64,000 nucleotides of DNA from Octopus vulgaris (GCA_951406725.2 OX597833.1:69750001-69814000); one strand, 5' to 3'; shown: positions 14,575-28,573, counted from the first letter of the stretch. The notes: generated by a model from the letters alone, not told the origin. Translations and numbers: made by a program.

Positions 14575-14640
<66 letters not shown>
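14289..14640. repeat. (ATT)n/(ATC)n microsatellite, probable tail of the adjacent RTE
   Basis: Begins at the TAA stop of the RTE fragment. Confidence 0.9.
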
Positions 14641-14641
<1 letters not shown>

Positions 14642-14900
14642 AGCCGGATTCCAATCCGGACTGCACGAACAAAGTTTACCCGCCCAACTTCTCGGTCCAT
14701 CAAGGTTTGGAATATATTCGTGGCGAGGCCAGTGTCTGCAATGAAGTCGTCCACGTAAGTGTGACGACGCTTTCCACACCTTACATCACCAGGATGTTGG
14801 TTCCATAAGACCAGTTTGGAAGCTCCCAGTCCGGGGTGGCACACATAAATGACCCGATGGTCACAGCTCTCTTCGTCTCATCTTCTCGCGAACTTTCACC
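14638..14900 (-). mobile_element. RTE-clade LINE 3' fragment (ORF2 C-terminus)
   Basis: ASKLVLWNQHPGDVRCGKRRHTYVDDFIADTGL..LMDR matches the RTE C-terminal pattern LVLW.P..G.R..GR...TYVD.L..DTG...M.DR; followed by a (TAA)n tail. Confidence 0.8.
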
Positions 14901-15460
14901 ACGTGTCCTTCATCTTTTCTCGCTGTCATTTCACATACCAAATGGCAACAATAAAGATTTACAAAATAAAGACTTCTAGAAGTATTCCTTCCTGTATAAA
15001 TCACCTTGACAATAGGATATCGATGATCAGACAGAAAACGCGTTGATCATTAACCTGCTGTGTAGCTTCTACTGACCTAGGGTTAAACATGAACATTTCA
15101 ATCTTGATGCTTATATATTGATATAGTTGTCTAGGAAATAGATGTGACTACTTCATTGAAATCCGTTGATAACGCGCAGACGGTTATTAGTTGTTATATT
15201 ACGTTATAATAGACACTAACTAAACAATGTATAGTGACATAGGTTGACTTAATATATTGTCGTTCTGAATAAGGTTTAATGAAACGTATATTTAATGCAT
15301 GTATAGTCGCTTACATTCCATTGATTTGCAATTACCTTTATAAATACATACAGAAAAAAAACAGAACAGAACATACGTTTGCACACGTCAATATGTATAT
15401 AGAAAAACTCTAATATCTTGACAAATTGTTTAATATATCTGCCTAATAATCTATTATCTC

Positions 15461-15591
<131 letters not shown>

Positions 15592-15729
15592 TATCTACCT
15601 ATACAATTTTAACAAAGACTTTCTTTTCACCCGAGGACATAGCTTATATTCTGCATTATCTCGAAGGACTTTTTGCACTCTGCATTAATGTAGACATGTA
15701 AATAATGCATTTATTATTAAATGTAACAA

Positions 15730-15922
15730 AGGCGGCGAGCTGGCAGAAACGTTAGCACGCCGGGCGAAATGCGCAGCCGTATTTCGTCTGCCGTTACGTT
15801 CTAAGTTCAAATTCCGTCGAGGTCGACTTTGACATTCCTTCTTTCGGGGTTGATAACTTAAACTAATCGACTATCCTCCTCGCCACAAATTCCAGGCCTT
15901 GTGCCTATAATACAAAGGATTA
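15730..15922 (+). mobile_element. Family B (Meta-like) tRNA SINE
   Basis: ggcggcgagctggcagaaacgttagcacg head, gttcaaattcc B box, ctttcggggt core. Confidence 0.9.
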
Positions 15923-16086
15923 CTTAATACAACAATGCAAATTATTTACATGTCTTTAAGTTACGAAATAATTTGTTGTGATAACAGAATTTTCTTATGG
16001 TTGAATGAAAGTTTATCAAAATATTTCTTCGTCATTTATGACTTTATATGTGTAAATATTCATTATTATTGTTATTATTGTTGTTG

Positions 16087-16124
<38 letters not shown>

Positions 16125-16125
16125 G

Positions 16126-16179
<54 letters not shown>

Positions 16180-16198
16180 TTGTCATTATTATTATGAT

Positions 16199-16253
<55 letters not shown>

Positions 16254-17618
16254 GCTGCTGCTCCTGCTGGTACTACTACTACTACTACTACTGCTACTAT
16301 ATGGTGAATACTTTTGTTTCGAATAACTAAGATTTAGTTTTCAGCTTGTTTATAAATGGATTTGGAGTTGCAAAACAATCTGGAGAATATATAAGGTAAA
16401 TTATTCTCAAAGACATCAAAATATGAAAGCTAAATGGTATTTAACTTTATGTGACCCTGCGAGGGGCAGGTTCTGTATCAGCTTCTATGCGGAGTCAAAG
16501 CTAAAGAATTCGGGCCGCACTATTTATGTGTCCCTGTTACCCCTTTCGCTAGCGCTAATACACTTATGAATAAAGTATAATGGCATTGGGGCTGGTGTCT
16601 TTGGATTGTGGAACTACCTGCACTATGAATATTATTTTAGTGGTCATGCCTTGTGCAGAACCAGAACCATTCATTCGGTCTTCAAAATTGTATAATTCCT
16701 GTGCATGAAATGCTCCGATCCTAGTATTTATCAGATGTAATGCTTCGATAGAAAAAGTAGACGATTGCGACAATAATAATACGAAAATAACATATCAGCT
16801 TTTGTCTTCCGTTTTTAATATTATCAGAATGTATTTACCCACGGACAGGACTGTTGGCAGGAAATTGTCTCTTCTTAATATCAGATTCACAGACAGTAGC
16901 AGTCGCTTTCCGAATGACTGCTTACACTAGGATGAAAGATTTCGACATATTGATATTTTTCGATAACTAACGAAAAAAGAAATAAGTGTAATGATGATTT
17001 ATATTTCATTATTGACTTTTTATAATATTATTTTTAATCTTTTGAAGTTACATTTTGTTAGCTGCTTCTGTTTAAATAAAGCTTTCTTTTGTAACGTTCA
17101 AAGATTTTGATAAACAATCATAAAATTTAAGATGGCGTTTCAATACTTCGTCTTTTCAATATTCCCTTTTAAGATAAACAAAGAACGCTTGCTTGAGAAA
17201 ATACACTTTTTTTCTATCACTTTGCATCGGCAATACAAAAGAGACAGAAAAAAAAATATCACGTGTATTTATAACAATACTAATTTCCACCATTCAATAC
17301 AAGGTTACATAGAAAAAGAATACGTAGTAATTCATAACACGATCAATAACAACACAATGTTACACAATACACGTTGTATTAAAAAAATCAATATGGCAGT
17401 TTTCAGAGCGAGGAGAAGAAAAATTGCATTTTTGCAAATATTATTTAGTTCATGTGAAAGACGAAACTTTTTTATATTTTTTTTTTAACAATGGTGGCAG
17501 TTATCTGTTGATTGCATCTATAGAAATTAGCTTTGGCGATATAAAATACATATATTACAAATGATATAATGAATAATAATAATAATAATAATAATAATAG
17601 TGATGATGATGATTACTT

Positions 17619-17679
<61 letters not shown>

Positions 17680-17690
17680 GCTACTAATGG

Positions 17691-17785
<95 letters not shown>

Positions 17786-18121
17786 GAAATAGAAATAGAA
17801 ATATATGAATGGTTTTTAACTTAATCCGTTCTACTTTATATTTACTATATGACGTCCATTATAAAAAACAGATGTTTCTCTCTCTCTGCCACTCTCTCTC
17901 TCTCTCTCTCTCTCTCGCACCAGATAACAAGCACAACAGTATTAAAAGAAGGACATTAATTAAATAACCAAATGTACAGTAGTTTACGTAATTTTTTTAT
18001 GAATGTTGCAGTCATTCGACGGCGGCCATATTGGGACGCTGCATTGAAATCTATATCAAAAATTCCGCACCAAAAATTAGTGCGGAATTATCCGTACAGT
18101 TTCAAATAATGTGAATAAAAT

Positions 18122-18371
18122 CAAAATAAGCAACAGGATATCCAGAGGTGATGCAGTACGATCGTTTCACGCGACTCCATTTAATTGGACAATGCAATCA
18201 TTACATCAGTCTCAATTCAGAGCTATCCTCAGGTGCATAAATAAATGAATAGAATTTATTTAATTATTTATGCAGCTGTGGATAGCTCTGCATTTAAACT
18301 GATGTAACGATTGCATTGTTTGCTTGAAACGAACGTACTGCATCAGCTCTGGATATCCTCTTGCTTGTTTT

Positions 18372-18372
<1 letters not shown>
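18122..18372. mobile_element. Fold-back Penelope-like repeat with two opposed hammerhead motifs
   Basis: Left half is the imperfect reverse complement of the right half; adjoins (TA)n. Confidence 0.8.
18152..18237 (-). ncRNA. Minimal type-I hammerhead ribozyme motif
   Basis: UGCAC-CUGAGGA-[stem II]-GAAAC-GAUC-GUA-CUGCA; palindromic loop 3; C.C mismatch at the stem I closing pair. Confidence 0.7.
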
Positions 18373-18426
<54 letters not shown>

Positions 18427-18739
18427 CGGGTCAATACCCAGAAACTTCAATCCGTGCGTATCACTTAGGTTGACGAGGGAAGGATGATCCCCCTTTGCAA
18501 ATGCCGATAGGGCACAGAAAGTGTGTCTATAGCCAGCCGGAGAAGATGTTCTCCTGGGGCTACAAGCTACAGTAACACCCACCCTTAGTGGTTAGCCATA
18601 TTGAGATGGCAAATATATATCACATTGTCGTGCAGTTACTGTCTATACATCGTTCAGAGATTTATTATTGCTTATATATATATATACCAAAATATGTAGG
18701 TATGTAGGTCCGTCGGTCGGTACGTACGTACGTACGTAT

Positions 18740-19410
18740 GTCATTATTCAGTTGTATTTCAAGATCCATGTCTCCTTCATGGGAATTTCAACATCAAGAA
18801 CAGGGTATTTTACATGTATGTATCTATGTATGTACATGTGCAGATTTATATGTTTTGTTTTATGTATGTATTCCCATGCATATAGTTGCATATCTAGAGA
18901 TGTTTATATATATTTAAATGATAAACTTCTGGAAAGTTTTACAGATTTTTATAGTTCCAATGATAGATCGGATCTGTAATCTTTCTCCTTTCTCGTTCTG
19001 AGAAGCCTAATTTCTCAAGATTAATATTTAAGCAGTGTCACATATCCCAGGGCCCCAATAATTACAGATGAAAACCTGAACTTCTTATCTGGATAGAGTA
19101 ATTGCTGATTTCTCAATAATTCAGCGTATGTATTCTCTTCTTCACTGATCTTCAGCTTTATGTTATCATCCGCTGTGCAGCTAATTTCCACAAATCTACA
19201 CAATTTCTATTATCAATCCCAAATCCTCATATCAGGTCTGTTGTGCTTACATTTTATTGTGGTTTTCACTGAAGCATTCCAGCAGTACTGCATTTTATTA
19301 AGAGGGGTTATGGCCTCCACCATACTGTGGCTTCTTATTTCTTTGTCTTCAGGGTATCCCTTCGACGGATCTCGTTAATCAGTGCCCTAACTTCAACATC
19401 ATGTGTCATC
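18740..19410 (-). mobile_element. R4/Dong-like non-LTR retrotransposon 3' fragment (RLE endonuclease + 3' UTR)
   Basis: WNASVKTTIKCKHNRPDMRIWD...VEISCTADDNIKLKISEEENTYAELL...YPDKKF...IIGALG is an RLE-type PD-(D/E)xK domain; flanked by CATA-like repeats. Confidence 0.85.
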
Positions 19411-19428
19411 GTTATGTATGAATGCATG

Positions 19429-19500
<72 letters not shown>

Positions 19501-20063
19501 GGAATGTACGTACGAAAGCATTTTTGAATGTATTTGATTTATTCGGATTGTCAACAGAGTTCTAATGATTTCGGATTTGCAAAACTACTCATAACGACTT
19601 AGAAACATGTTCATTCTAAATAGCATTATGATAAATAATACATCACATTCATAACAAAGACATACTGATAACTATTGTATGATCGCATACACATATCTAT
19701 ATGTATATATGTATAAATTCATATATATATATTCTTATGCGTATGTATGTGTGTATGCGTGTGTAGCTGTCCCAGACTACTTGTGTTTTATTTAGAATTA
19801 CGTTGTATTATATTTTTAATGATGATATTATGTCTTTCTTACACTTGCCAAAAGTCATTATAATATATATATGTAATCGTAATAACTCGTATAACACCTC
19901 GGCATACTATCTTGCATATTTGAAACTAAATGAAACACATGCGCACGTACACACACACAGACTTATACCATATATTTAGGTTGCAAGATACGTCTCACGG
20001 ACGCTCCCGCTTCTCTCTCCTTCCTTCATACACTATCACACACTTTATATATACATCCGTGTA

Positions 20064-20128
<65 letters not shown>

Positions 20129-20241
20129 GTATGTATGCATAACTATAGAAATATCTATAAGTACATATATAACTACCTCCAAAATTACATATGTATACAA
20201 ACACACGCAAATACACACCCAAATAGATATAAAATTAGGTA

Positions 20242-20283
<42 letters not shown>

Positions 20284-20381
20284 CATACACACATACATAA
20301 TACACATGCATATGTTCGTGTACATTTATACATAAAAGTATATATAAGCATGAATATGCACGTATATATATATATATATAA

Positions 20382-20431
<50 letters not shown>

Positions 20432-20699
20432 ATATGGTATAAAGATATGAACATAAAGAAAAATATTTACATATATGTACATAAATAGCTGCATAAAATC
20501 AGATATACACACATATATACGTGCATATATATATGTATACGCAAGTATGTGTCTGCATATATACATACATGCGTTTGTGTGCGTCTATGTGTTTGTGTGT
20601 ATCTGTATGTATCTGTGTGTCTCTGTACGTATGTGCTGACTAATTGAAACGTCAACGTATTTTGTCATTTAGCAAAGAAACAATTAGAAACTAAATTAC

Positions 20700-20952
20700 T
20701 ATGTTTTCATTAATTTTATCTGGCGGACAGGAATTCATATTGAAGAATACCGCATAGCTTGCGTCGTTTGCATAGCTGACGTTTAAAATTATAAGCTTCA
20801 AAAGTTTTCTTAGTTCTTCACTCGGAATATATAATAATGCTCTTAATTTCATATATCGATCATATGTAATTAGTGGAACGTGCTGCTGCATATAAGAAAT
20901 ATTAAATGGAAGTAGTGATAATATTTTTATTTTCTTTGCGAGGAAAAATAAT
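20700..20952 (-). CDS. Candidate exon 4 of a CNBD1-like (cyclic-nucleotide-binding domain) gene
   Basis: ttacag acceptor; open frame LFFLAKKIKILSLLPFNISYMQQHVPLITYDRYMKLRALLYIPSEELRKLLKLIILNVSYANDASYAVFFNM; phase matches exon 3; donor uncertain (ATA|GTAATT at 20700 or GCG|GTATTC). Family assignment is by recalled motif only. Confidence 0.55.
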
Positions 20953-21053
20953 CTGTAATTTGCAAATGTTTTATTTCAATGAAATATGAAATAATATAAT
21001 AATTTTCATGTAATATATATTTTTAAACAGCTAAAAAATATATTAGACTTAAC

Positions 21054-21134
21054 TTGTGAAAATTTTCTTCTGTTGGCGTTGAAGACATTTCTTTATATAT
21101 TTTTCTGCTTTGACGATATTCCTGCAGATCTAAC
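21054..21134 (-). CDS. Candidate exon 3 (81 nt)
   Basis: ttctttcag acceptor, AA|GTTAAG donor, LDLQEYRQSRKIYKEMSSTPTEENFHK; 101-bp intron to exon 4 with compatible phase. Confidence 0.55.
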
Positions 21135-21893
21135 CTGAAAGAACCGAAGTATTATGGCAAGTGAATTTTTAGAGATGGCAATCCGATCCAGGCCCTTATT
21201 TTGGACCTAGTTTCATTAGAACAAAATGTATATATAATTATTATACACTCCTTTTGTCCTACACTTTCAGCAAGAATTACATATATTTCTGTGTACATAA
21301 TTGCTTTTACAAAACACTCTCACACACACACACACGCACACACACACACACGCACACACACACACACATACACACACACGGCTCACTTGCAATATATAGA
21401 AAAAACAGTGTCATACAATCCTTAAATTCGTGACTAGGAAACTAGTGCCTTATAAAAATCTCTGTTCCGGATAGAAGCAATTAATGAACCAGAATGCATT
21501 GTTTATGGTCACTTTAATGTGGTTGTCCTCAAAGACAGGACGATGCTACCATTTAAGGTTCAACTCCTGCCATGTCTGGCAACGAGTACGCACCACCGAA
21601 AAGATCCAATATAGATCGAAACCATGTGGTCTGGTCGGCTTGAAACCAGCTAGTCAGGAGTTATCTCCCACTTGCAATAAATATCACGTGCGAGAAGCGC
21701 ACTGAATAAGCCTGCTGGAGGATATATCTTCTTGGGGTTAAATGGCAGTATCATCGTCTCTTAGAGGACATCCACATTGAAGTGGCCACAATACTTTTTG
21801 GTTGTATCCCGAACAGAGATTTTCTTACGGTTCATATCTGTATGAGTGTGTGCGTGTGTGTGTGTGTCTGTCTGTCTGTCTGTCCGTCTGTAC

Positions 21894-21924
<31 letters not shown>

Positions 21925-21998
21925 TGTATGTATGTATGTATGCATGTATGTATGCATGTATGTATTGTTACAAAATGTATTTATAATAACCGTGAAAT

Positions 21999-22285
21999 AA
22001 TTGCAGCGTGGAAGGTGTTTATAAGCCATTTAAGAAACACACAAAAGCCGTTCGATTCACTTCAACATTTAAGTTTAATTTGTCAAAATATTTTTATCAG
22101 TGAACCGGTCGCGGTCTAATAGCGACGAAAATATTTTGACAAATTAAACTTAAATGTTGAAGTGAATCGAACGGCTTTTGTGTGTTTCTTAAATGGCTTA
22201 CAAACACCTTCCACGCTGCAATTGTTTTCGTTCCAGCACACGATCTCAGATCAAATCACTTGCTATGCGAGTACATCTCCGTAAC
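21999..22285 (+). mobile_element. Fold-back Penelope-like repeat (~96-bp near-perfect arms)
   Basis: 21999-22094 is the reverse complement of 22128-22223. Confidence 0.85.
22093..22143 (+). ncRNA. Hammerhead-like motif with G3-C8 swapped core
   Basis: UUUAUCA-GUGAACC-G-GUCGC-loop-GCGAC-GAAA-AUAU-UU-UGACAAA. Confidence 0.55.
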
Positions 22286-22344
22286 CATGAAATAAGTTTT
22301 CTAATATAGCGAAGTCTCCATATTCACTTGCGTGGTTGGTACAT

Positions 22345-22600
22345 TAATAACAAGGTTTCGTAAATACATCATCCCGCATATGATCAAAAGCCACAGCAGC
22401 ATGGTTAAGTGATATTTTCCTTTTGGTCCACACCATTATAACCCCAATATTATTTATCTTCATCGATTGTGCTGGGAAGCATGGACAAAGAACGTCTTCA
22501 TGCCTGATGCGGCGGACTCCAACCATTGATGATTTTAACGCCACAATCAATCGTTTGCAGGACTTTACCAGGGAGCTCCTCTGTAGCAGGTGATCCTCTA
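22345..22600 (+). pseudogene. Very decayed Tc1/mariner-superfamily transposase fragment
   Basis: SKATAAWLSD.F ... PTIDDFNATINRL...ELLC resembles a Tc1/DD37D C-terminal region. Confidence 0.4.
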
Positions 22601-22720
22601 AGTTTTACTATTTGAGAATAACAGTATCATATTCACCGACTAGCAACAGGAAACGGAAATAAAGACATGGATACTTCCCTAACCTTCGTTCTCTCCCAGC
22701 TATTAAAATAGTGTTAATAG

Positions 22721-22843
22721 TATTTGAAGAGTTTAGAAGTTTTTAATGACAGATAAATAAGAGAATCATGTTGGCACATTATTCCATTCCACACGTTGTA
22801 GTTATTACTACATTTCCATTCTAATTGTTAAATCTTGGGATTT
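22721..22843 (+). repeat. ~120-bp direct repeat, copy 1 (copy 2 at 25178-25298)
   Basis: Near-identical sequence 2.46 kb apart. Confidence 0.9.
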
Positions 22844-23002
22844 GTTAAAAGCTCTCGTTTTTAATTGTTCTCTTCTCCTCAGATATGTGTGTGTTTGACT
22901 ATGTGTGTGTGTGTGTGTGTGTGTTTCCATACAGACGCATATAATCTAGATACAAACACTAGCCTTTCTCTTATAATTGTTAAAAGCTCTCATTTTAATT
23001 GA

Positions 23003-23057
<55 letters not shown>

Positions 23058-23077
23058 GTAGACACATACACACACAC

Positions 23078-23108
<31 letters not shown>

Positions 23109-23207
23109 GGATACAGAGAGAAAGTGAGGGATCTTAGAGTGATAGACAGATAGACATAGGGAGGCACACATCCTTTCATACGTACATACACACGTAAGTA
23201 CATTATT

Positions 23208-23254
<47 letters not shown>

Positions 23255-23323
23255 GCATACATATTCATAGAGGTTTGCGGCGGGGGTTATGTATATGTGT
23301 GTATGCCTGTATAAGTGTAGGTG

Positions 23324-23357
<34 letters not shown>

Positions 23358-23737
23358 AATGTGTTAATTATCTTCGGACCAAGTTATTCAACTCATGACA
23401 TTTACCTCCACAAGACTATTTAATTCTTAATCTTTCGCTATGCGGCGTGAAGGAGGAAAGAGAGAGATTCAAAAATGAAAAGTGATGTACCGAAACAAAA
23501 GCTGTTTTACAATGGCATCGCTTAATAAATTCAGGTTTGGAAGATGAACGGAAATCTGAAGAAGTTTTATTATCACTTAATGTTGCCAACTCATTTAATG
23601 CGTATCCGGTTGTAAAGTTTAATCTAACGGAGATATTTCGATAGAGGTGAATATCAAAACATGCCATCCCTTCCCACACTCACACACACTCACACACACA
23701 CATCTATTAATATGTATGCCTTTGTATATGCATATGC

Positions 23738-23773
<36 letters not shown>

Positions 23774-23813
23774 ATGTGTGTAATTATATGCATACATACA
23801 TACATGTGTGTGT

Positions 23814-24007
<194 letters not shown>

Positions 24008-25298
24008 TGATAGATGGAGAGAGAGAGACGGAGAGAGACAGAGAGATCATATATTTGTATTGAATAGATTACGATTCCTTATTTTGTATTACTATAAGAA
24101 CTCTGAACTTTGAATGTATACAATCTAATTCGTAATATGTAGTTCTTGGTTGCTTTCCATAATTGATTAGCTACTTGATACAGAGGGACTAGCATTTAAC
24201 ATAGAGACGGAGAGTTCGAATTTTATCGGCCGCTAATAGCTAGTGGATCGTGGACTAGAGAGGAAGGTCTCTCCGTTTTGTCAAGATCTTTTCTATAATG
24301 TTATTTATTAAGGCCACCATCAGCTTAAAAAAAATTCTTCTATATGAGATCTAAATCATCTTCATTGCTCGAATCACGAGGTCTTTGTTCATTTTGTTCT
24401 ACCTCATCACACAACACACACACACACGTGTATATATGTAAAATTATAAGAATATATGTAAGTGTGTCTATGTGAGTGTGCGTTCGTGCGTGTGCGGATT
24501 TTCGTTGCGTGTGTGTGTGGGTGTGTGTGAGTGTGTGCATGCGTGTGTGTGTGTAGTTCTGAGTGGTTAATCGATAGTTGCTTATCCTTTAATGATATCT
24601 TATTTTGTCCCACAAATCAGTGAAATGCAACATAAATCTCAGACGTGTTTCAAGTGAATCCTCATAGAAACCATTCTAAATTCCAGTAACACGCGACTGG
24701 TCCGGCACTTTATCATTCGTGCACATCCGACATTCATTGTCCAAAATCAATATAATTACTGTCGCAAATCGATAACGCGCCGATTTTCGACAGGGATGTT
24801 ATGGATTTCTACCAAATTGCATTTCCTTTACGACTGCATGTTTGTGCATACTAAACAGAAATCAACTTCATTAGTATATAAGTTACTAAGACTTACAGTG
24901 AAGACCACCGAATACAAGTTTTGTCTAATGGCATCCAGTATTTAGTTCCACTATGCCTCTGAGAGTAGCAATGGCAGCAGCAGCAGAAATGGTAGTCACG
25001 TGTGGATAACCGTGCGTTTGTATACATATCGTACATACATACATACATACATACATACATACATACATACATACATACATACATACACACATATATATAT
25101 ACATATAAATATATATACATAAATATAAATGTATATATACACATATATATGTGTGTGTATGAATATGAATATATATATATTTGAAGAGTTTAGAAGTTTT
25201 TAATGACAGATAAATAAGAAAATCATGTTGGCACGATTCCATTCCACACGTTGTAGTTATTACTACATTTCCATTCTAATTGTTAAATCTTGGGATTT

Positions 25299-25410
<112 letters not shown>

Positions 25411-25411
25411 G

Positions 25412-25453
<42 letters not shown>

Positions 25454-25476
25454 TAAAACAACTTTCAGGGACAATA

Positions 25477-25532
<56 letters not shown>

Positions 25533-25622
25533 GGAACGTTTACGAAAATAAACAAAAGACGAAGGCAGGTGGAGTACAAACAAACAAATGTATTAGTATA
25601 GCGCTCAGGAATAGAAAAAATT

Positions 25623-25658
25623 CTTTTACGTTTCGAGCCTACGCTCTTCGACAGAAAG
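25623..25658 (-). ncRNA. Minimal hammerhead motif (A6U variant) within a Penelope-like repeat at ~25527-25725
   Basis: CUUU-CUGUCGA-A-GAGC-GUAG-GCUC-GAAAC-GUA-AAAG; same family as 41055-41089. Confidence 0.6.
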
Positions 25659-26260
25659 ATACGCAGAAAAAAACAAGAAGAGAAACAAGTAGAGAAAAAA
25701 AATTGCGTGTAGGAGCTAATATATCCTATACCGATAACGGGTAAAGATCCAGTAACCAATGTCCACTGGAGGGGAGAGATTCGTTACTGTACTCACAATT
25801 TCACAATAGATCAGACAAGGTTGTGTGTCGTTATTCAACTAGAAAAGACATTTTTTCAAGGGTTAAAATGTAGTAGCAATAGTTCTGTAAAGAACAGCCA
25901 TGTTATGGTGGCAAAATTATGCGAATACTAGTTTGTATAATTTGTTCTCTAAGGGCGTCTCACAACTGGAGAGTATTTGCATAATTTGCACCGAATGTTT
26001 CAAGAGCAATTCCACAACAGAACAGCAAGAGTGCACCTCGTTGTATTTATGTTACACAGAATAAATGCTGCAGTAATTGCACTTGAAATATCTGCTTCAG
26101 AATTTGGAACTAAACACAAAACAGGAAATATATGTCAGACACAAATGATATACATACACACAATTACATGTGTGTGCGCGCGCGCGTGTATATATGGATG
26201 TCTGTGAAAAAATATATGTATATGTGTACAGATACATATATATGTATATGTGTAAGTATA

Positions 26261-26293
<33 letters not shown>

Positions 26294-26569
26294 GTTTATA
26301 TATATATATATATATATATATTAGAAGAAATGAGATACTCAGAAGATCGGATGGTTTATATTTATAGATATTTATTTATATATTACATTTTTATATATAT
26401 ATATCATATCACTTAGTTCATTAGCGCTTTCTCCCATTCTAGTGGGGTTTTCAAATCAAACTAAGTTCCTGTGTGAGAAGTGTTTACCATTTTATAGAGT
26501 TTTGTAGTGGTGGGGAGGAATATAAGACAGTACAAGAGGGGGATGGATGGGGAGAAAGTGAGAGAGAGA

Positions 26570-26616
<47 letters not shown>

Positions 26617-26782
26617 TATCTGGGATGAGTGCTATATAGGTGAGCATGAACATTTTAATGTCCTCTGTTGCGTTTCTGTTCCATTTATATATAAATACAT
26701 ATATATATATGTGTGTGTGTGTGAGTGTGTGTGTGCGTGTGTGTATACATATATATATATATACATATACGTGTGTGTGTGT

Positions 26783-27590
26783 CAGAGGTGGTACTCCAAA
26801 GTAACCTGAATTTTGCAACATTATTTTATTCACTTAATTTTTACATGTTTACACTTTTATTCCCTTCAAATTATTCTCCATTTCTTGCGAAGTGATGCCT
26901 CTTAACGCCTCCGTCCATTTTTTATAAACATCTTCCACATCTGCAAATTTCGTCACCAGACATGGCCTTCGAAATAAGGTCCTGTTGAGTTTCCAACTCT
27001 TCTTTTCGTTCACGTCACTGCTTTTGATCTTCGGTGAGCAAGTGAGCCTCAAATTTTGTTGTGACTCCTTTCATTCACAATTCCTCGCTCAAAATTCGTT
27101 GCCAAGAGCTCTAGTGCACACCAACCACGTCAACAACTTCGTCAATATTTCTTCCAGGAACGGTTCATGGATTAACGTGATGTTTTCATTCGTTCAAGTG
27201 GTCGACGGTGACCTTGAACGAGATGGGTCCTCCAGCAACAAGTACCCATTCCTAAAGCTTGAAAACCACTTTTGTGTTGGTCACGGCAGCGGCCTTGTAA
27301 ATTGTATGAAGCCATACAACTGCTTCGGTCGCCGATCTCACCAGGAGAAAACAGAATTTCCCGGGAGCACGATGTTCCTTCGTTTCAGCCATAGCAAAAT
27401 AAACGAAGAACAGTGGAGAAGCACTGCAAAGCAAAGCCGCACCACGTGGCTGTATAATCCCAACTGAAAACGCCGGTCGACTGACTGACGCCTGAGGGTC
27501 GCATCAAGTGGCTGTCAGCAGCGGAAGCCAGAACTACGAGCTTCTCCCACAGAGTATGTTTCTGGTTACTTTTGGGTACCCCTTCTTGTA
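26783..27590 (-). mobile_element. Internally deleted mariner element with both TIRs
   Basis: TIRs ggtactccaaagtaacc / ggttacttttgggtacc; N-terminal MAETKEHRAPGKFCFLLVRSATEA and C-terminal FADVEDVYKKWTEALRGIT remnants. Confidence 0.85.
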
Positions 27591-27670
27591 TACACATGTG
27601 TGTGTTTGTTTGTGTAGATATGTGTATAGCAGGAGTTGTATATAAATATATATATATATATATTGTTTGA

Positions 27671-28080
27671 AGGCGCAGGAGTGGCTGTGTGGTAAGTAGC
27701 TTGCTTACCAGCCACATGGTTCCGGGATCAATCCCACTGCGTGGCATCTTGGGCAAATGTCTTCTGCTATAGCCCCGGGCCAACCAATGCTTTGTGAGTG
27801 GATTTGATAGACGGAAACTGAAGGAAACCTGTCGTATATATGTATATATATATATAAATATATGTATGTGTGTCTGTGTTTGTCCCCCTAGCATTGCTTG
27901 ACAATCGATGCTGGTGTGTTTACGTCCTCGTCACATAGCGGTTCGGCAAAAGAGACCGATAGAATAAGTACTGGGCTTACAAAAGAATAAGTCCCGGGAT
28001 TGAGTTGCTCGACTAAAGGCGGTGCTTCAGCATGGCCGCTGTCAAATGACTGAAACAAGTAAAAGAGTAAAGAGAAAAGA
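27671..28080 (+). mobile_element. Full-length family A SINE
   Basis: ggcgcaggagtggctgtgtggtaag head through gactgaaacaagtaaaagag tail. Confidence 0.93.
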
Positions 28081-28573
28081 GCATATACCTACACACATAC
28101 ACACCCACACATAATGTATGTGTATGTGTGTGTGTGTGATTTTGTTACTTTTTAGATTCCTTCATTTTCTAACCACGCAACCAATTCTCGTCGCAGCTTA
28201 CTCGATCTATTACTATTTTTTACTCGATCTTTTGCATGTATTTGTATTCATTTATTTTTTCGATTCAAATATAATCCCAGACATATCGAAAACAATCTAT
28301 GGTCAATCTCCATGATATCGGACTCTGCGTGTGGCCGTCAGTAAATTAAAAGACATTTTAATCGCCTGCGGATTTTGTAGATCGATATTATAATGTTATA
28401 CGATGTTGATTTCTTCCTCAGGCACAAACACAATATTTCTAATTATGTTTGATTCAATAGAACTGGGTGAATGAGTGGCTGTTATTCAATTAAGAGTGCG
28501 GTCTATGTGCTTCAGAGAAGAAAACATAGAACTCGACGTTCTTCTCTGTGATAGTTTATTGTAAATATATATT

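Noticed and set aside
18061-18089. 10-bp palindrome aattccgcac/gtgcggaatt
   Set aside because: Too short to interpret; probably junction debris of the neighbouring fold-back
24897-24958. 62-nt minus-strand exon-like segment with good AG/GT sites (RHSGTKYWMPLDKTCIRWSS)
   Set aside because: Its start phase is incompatible with candidate exon 2 and there is no recognisable homology
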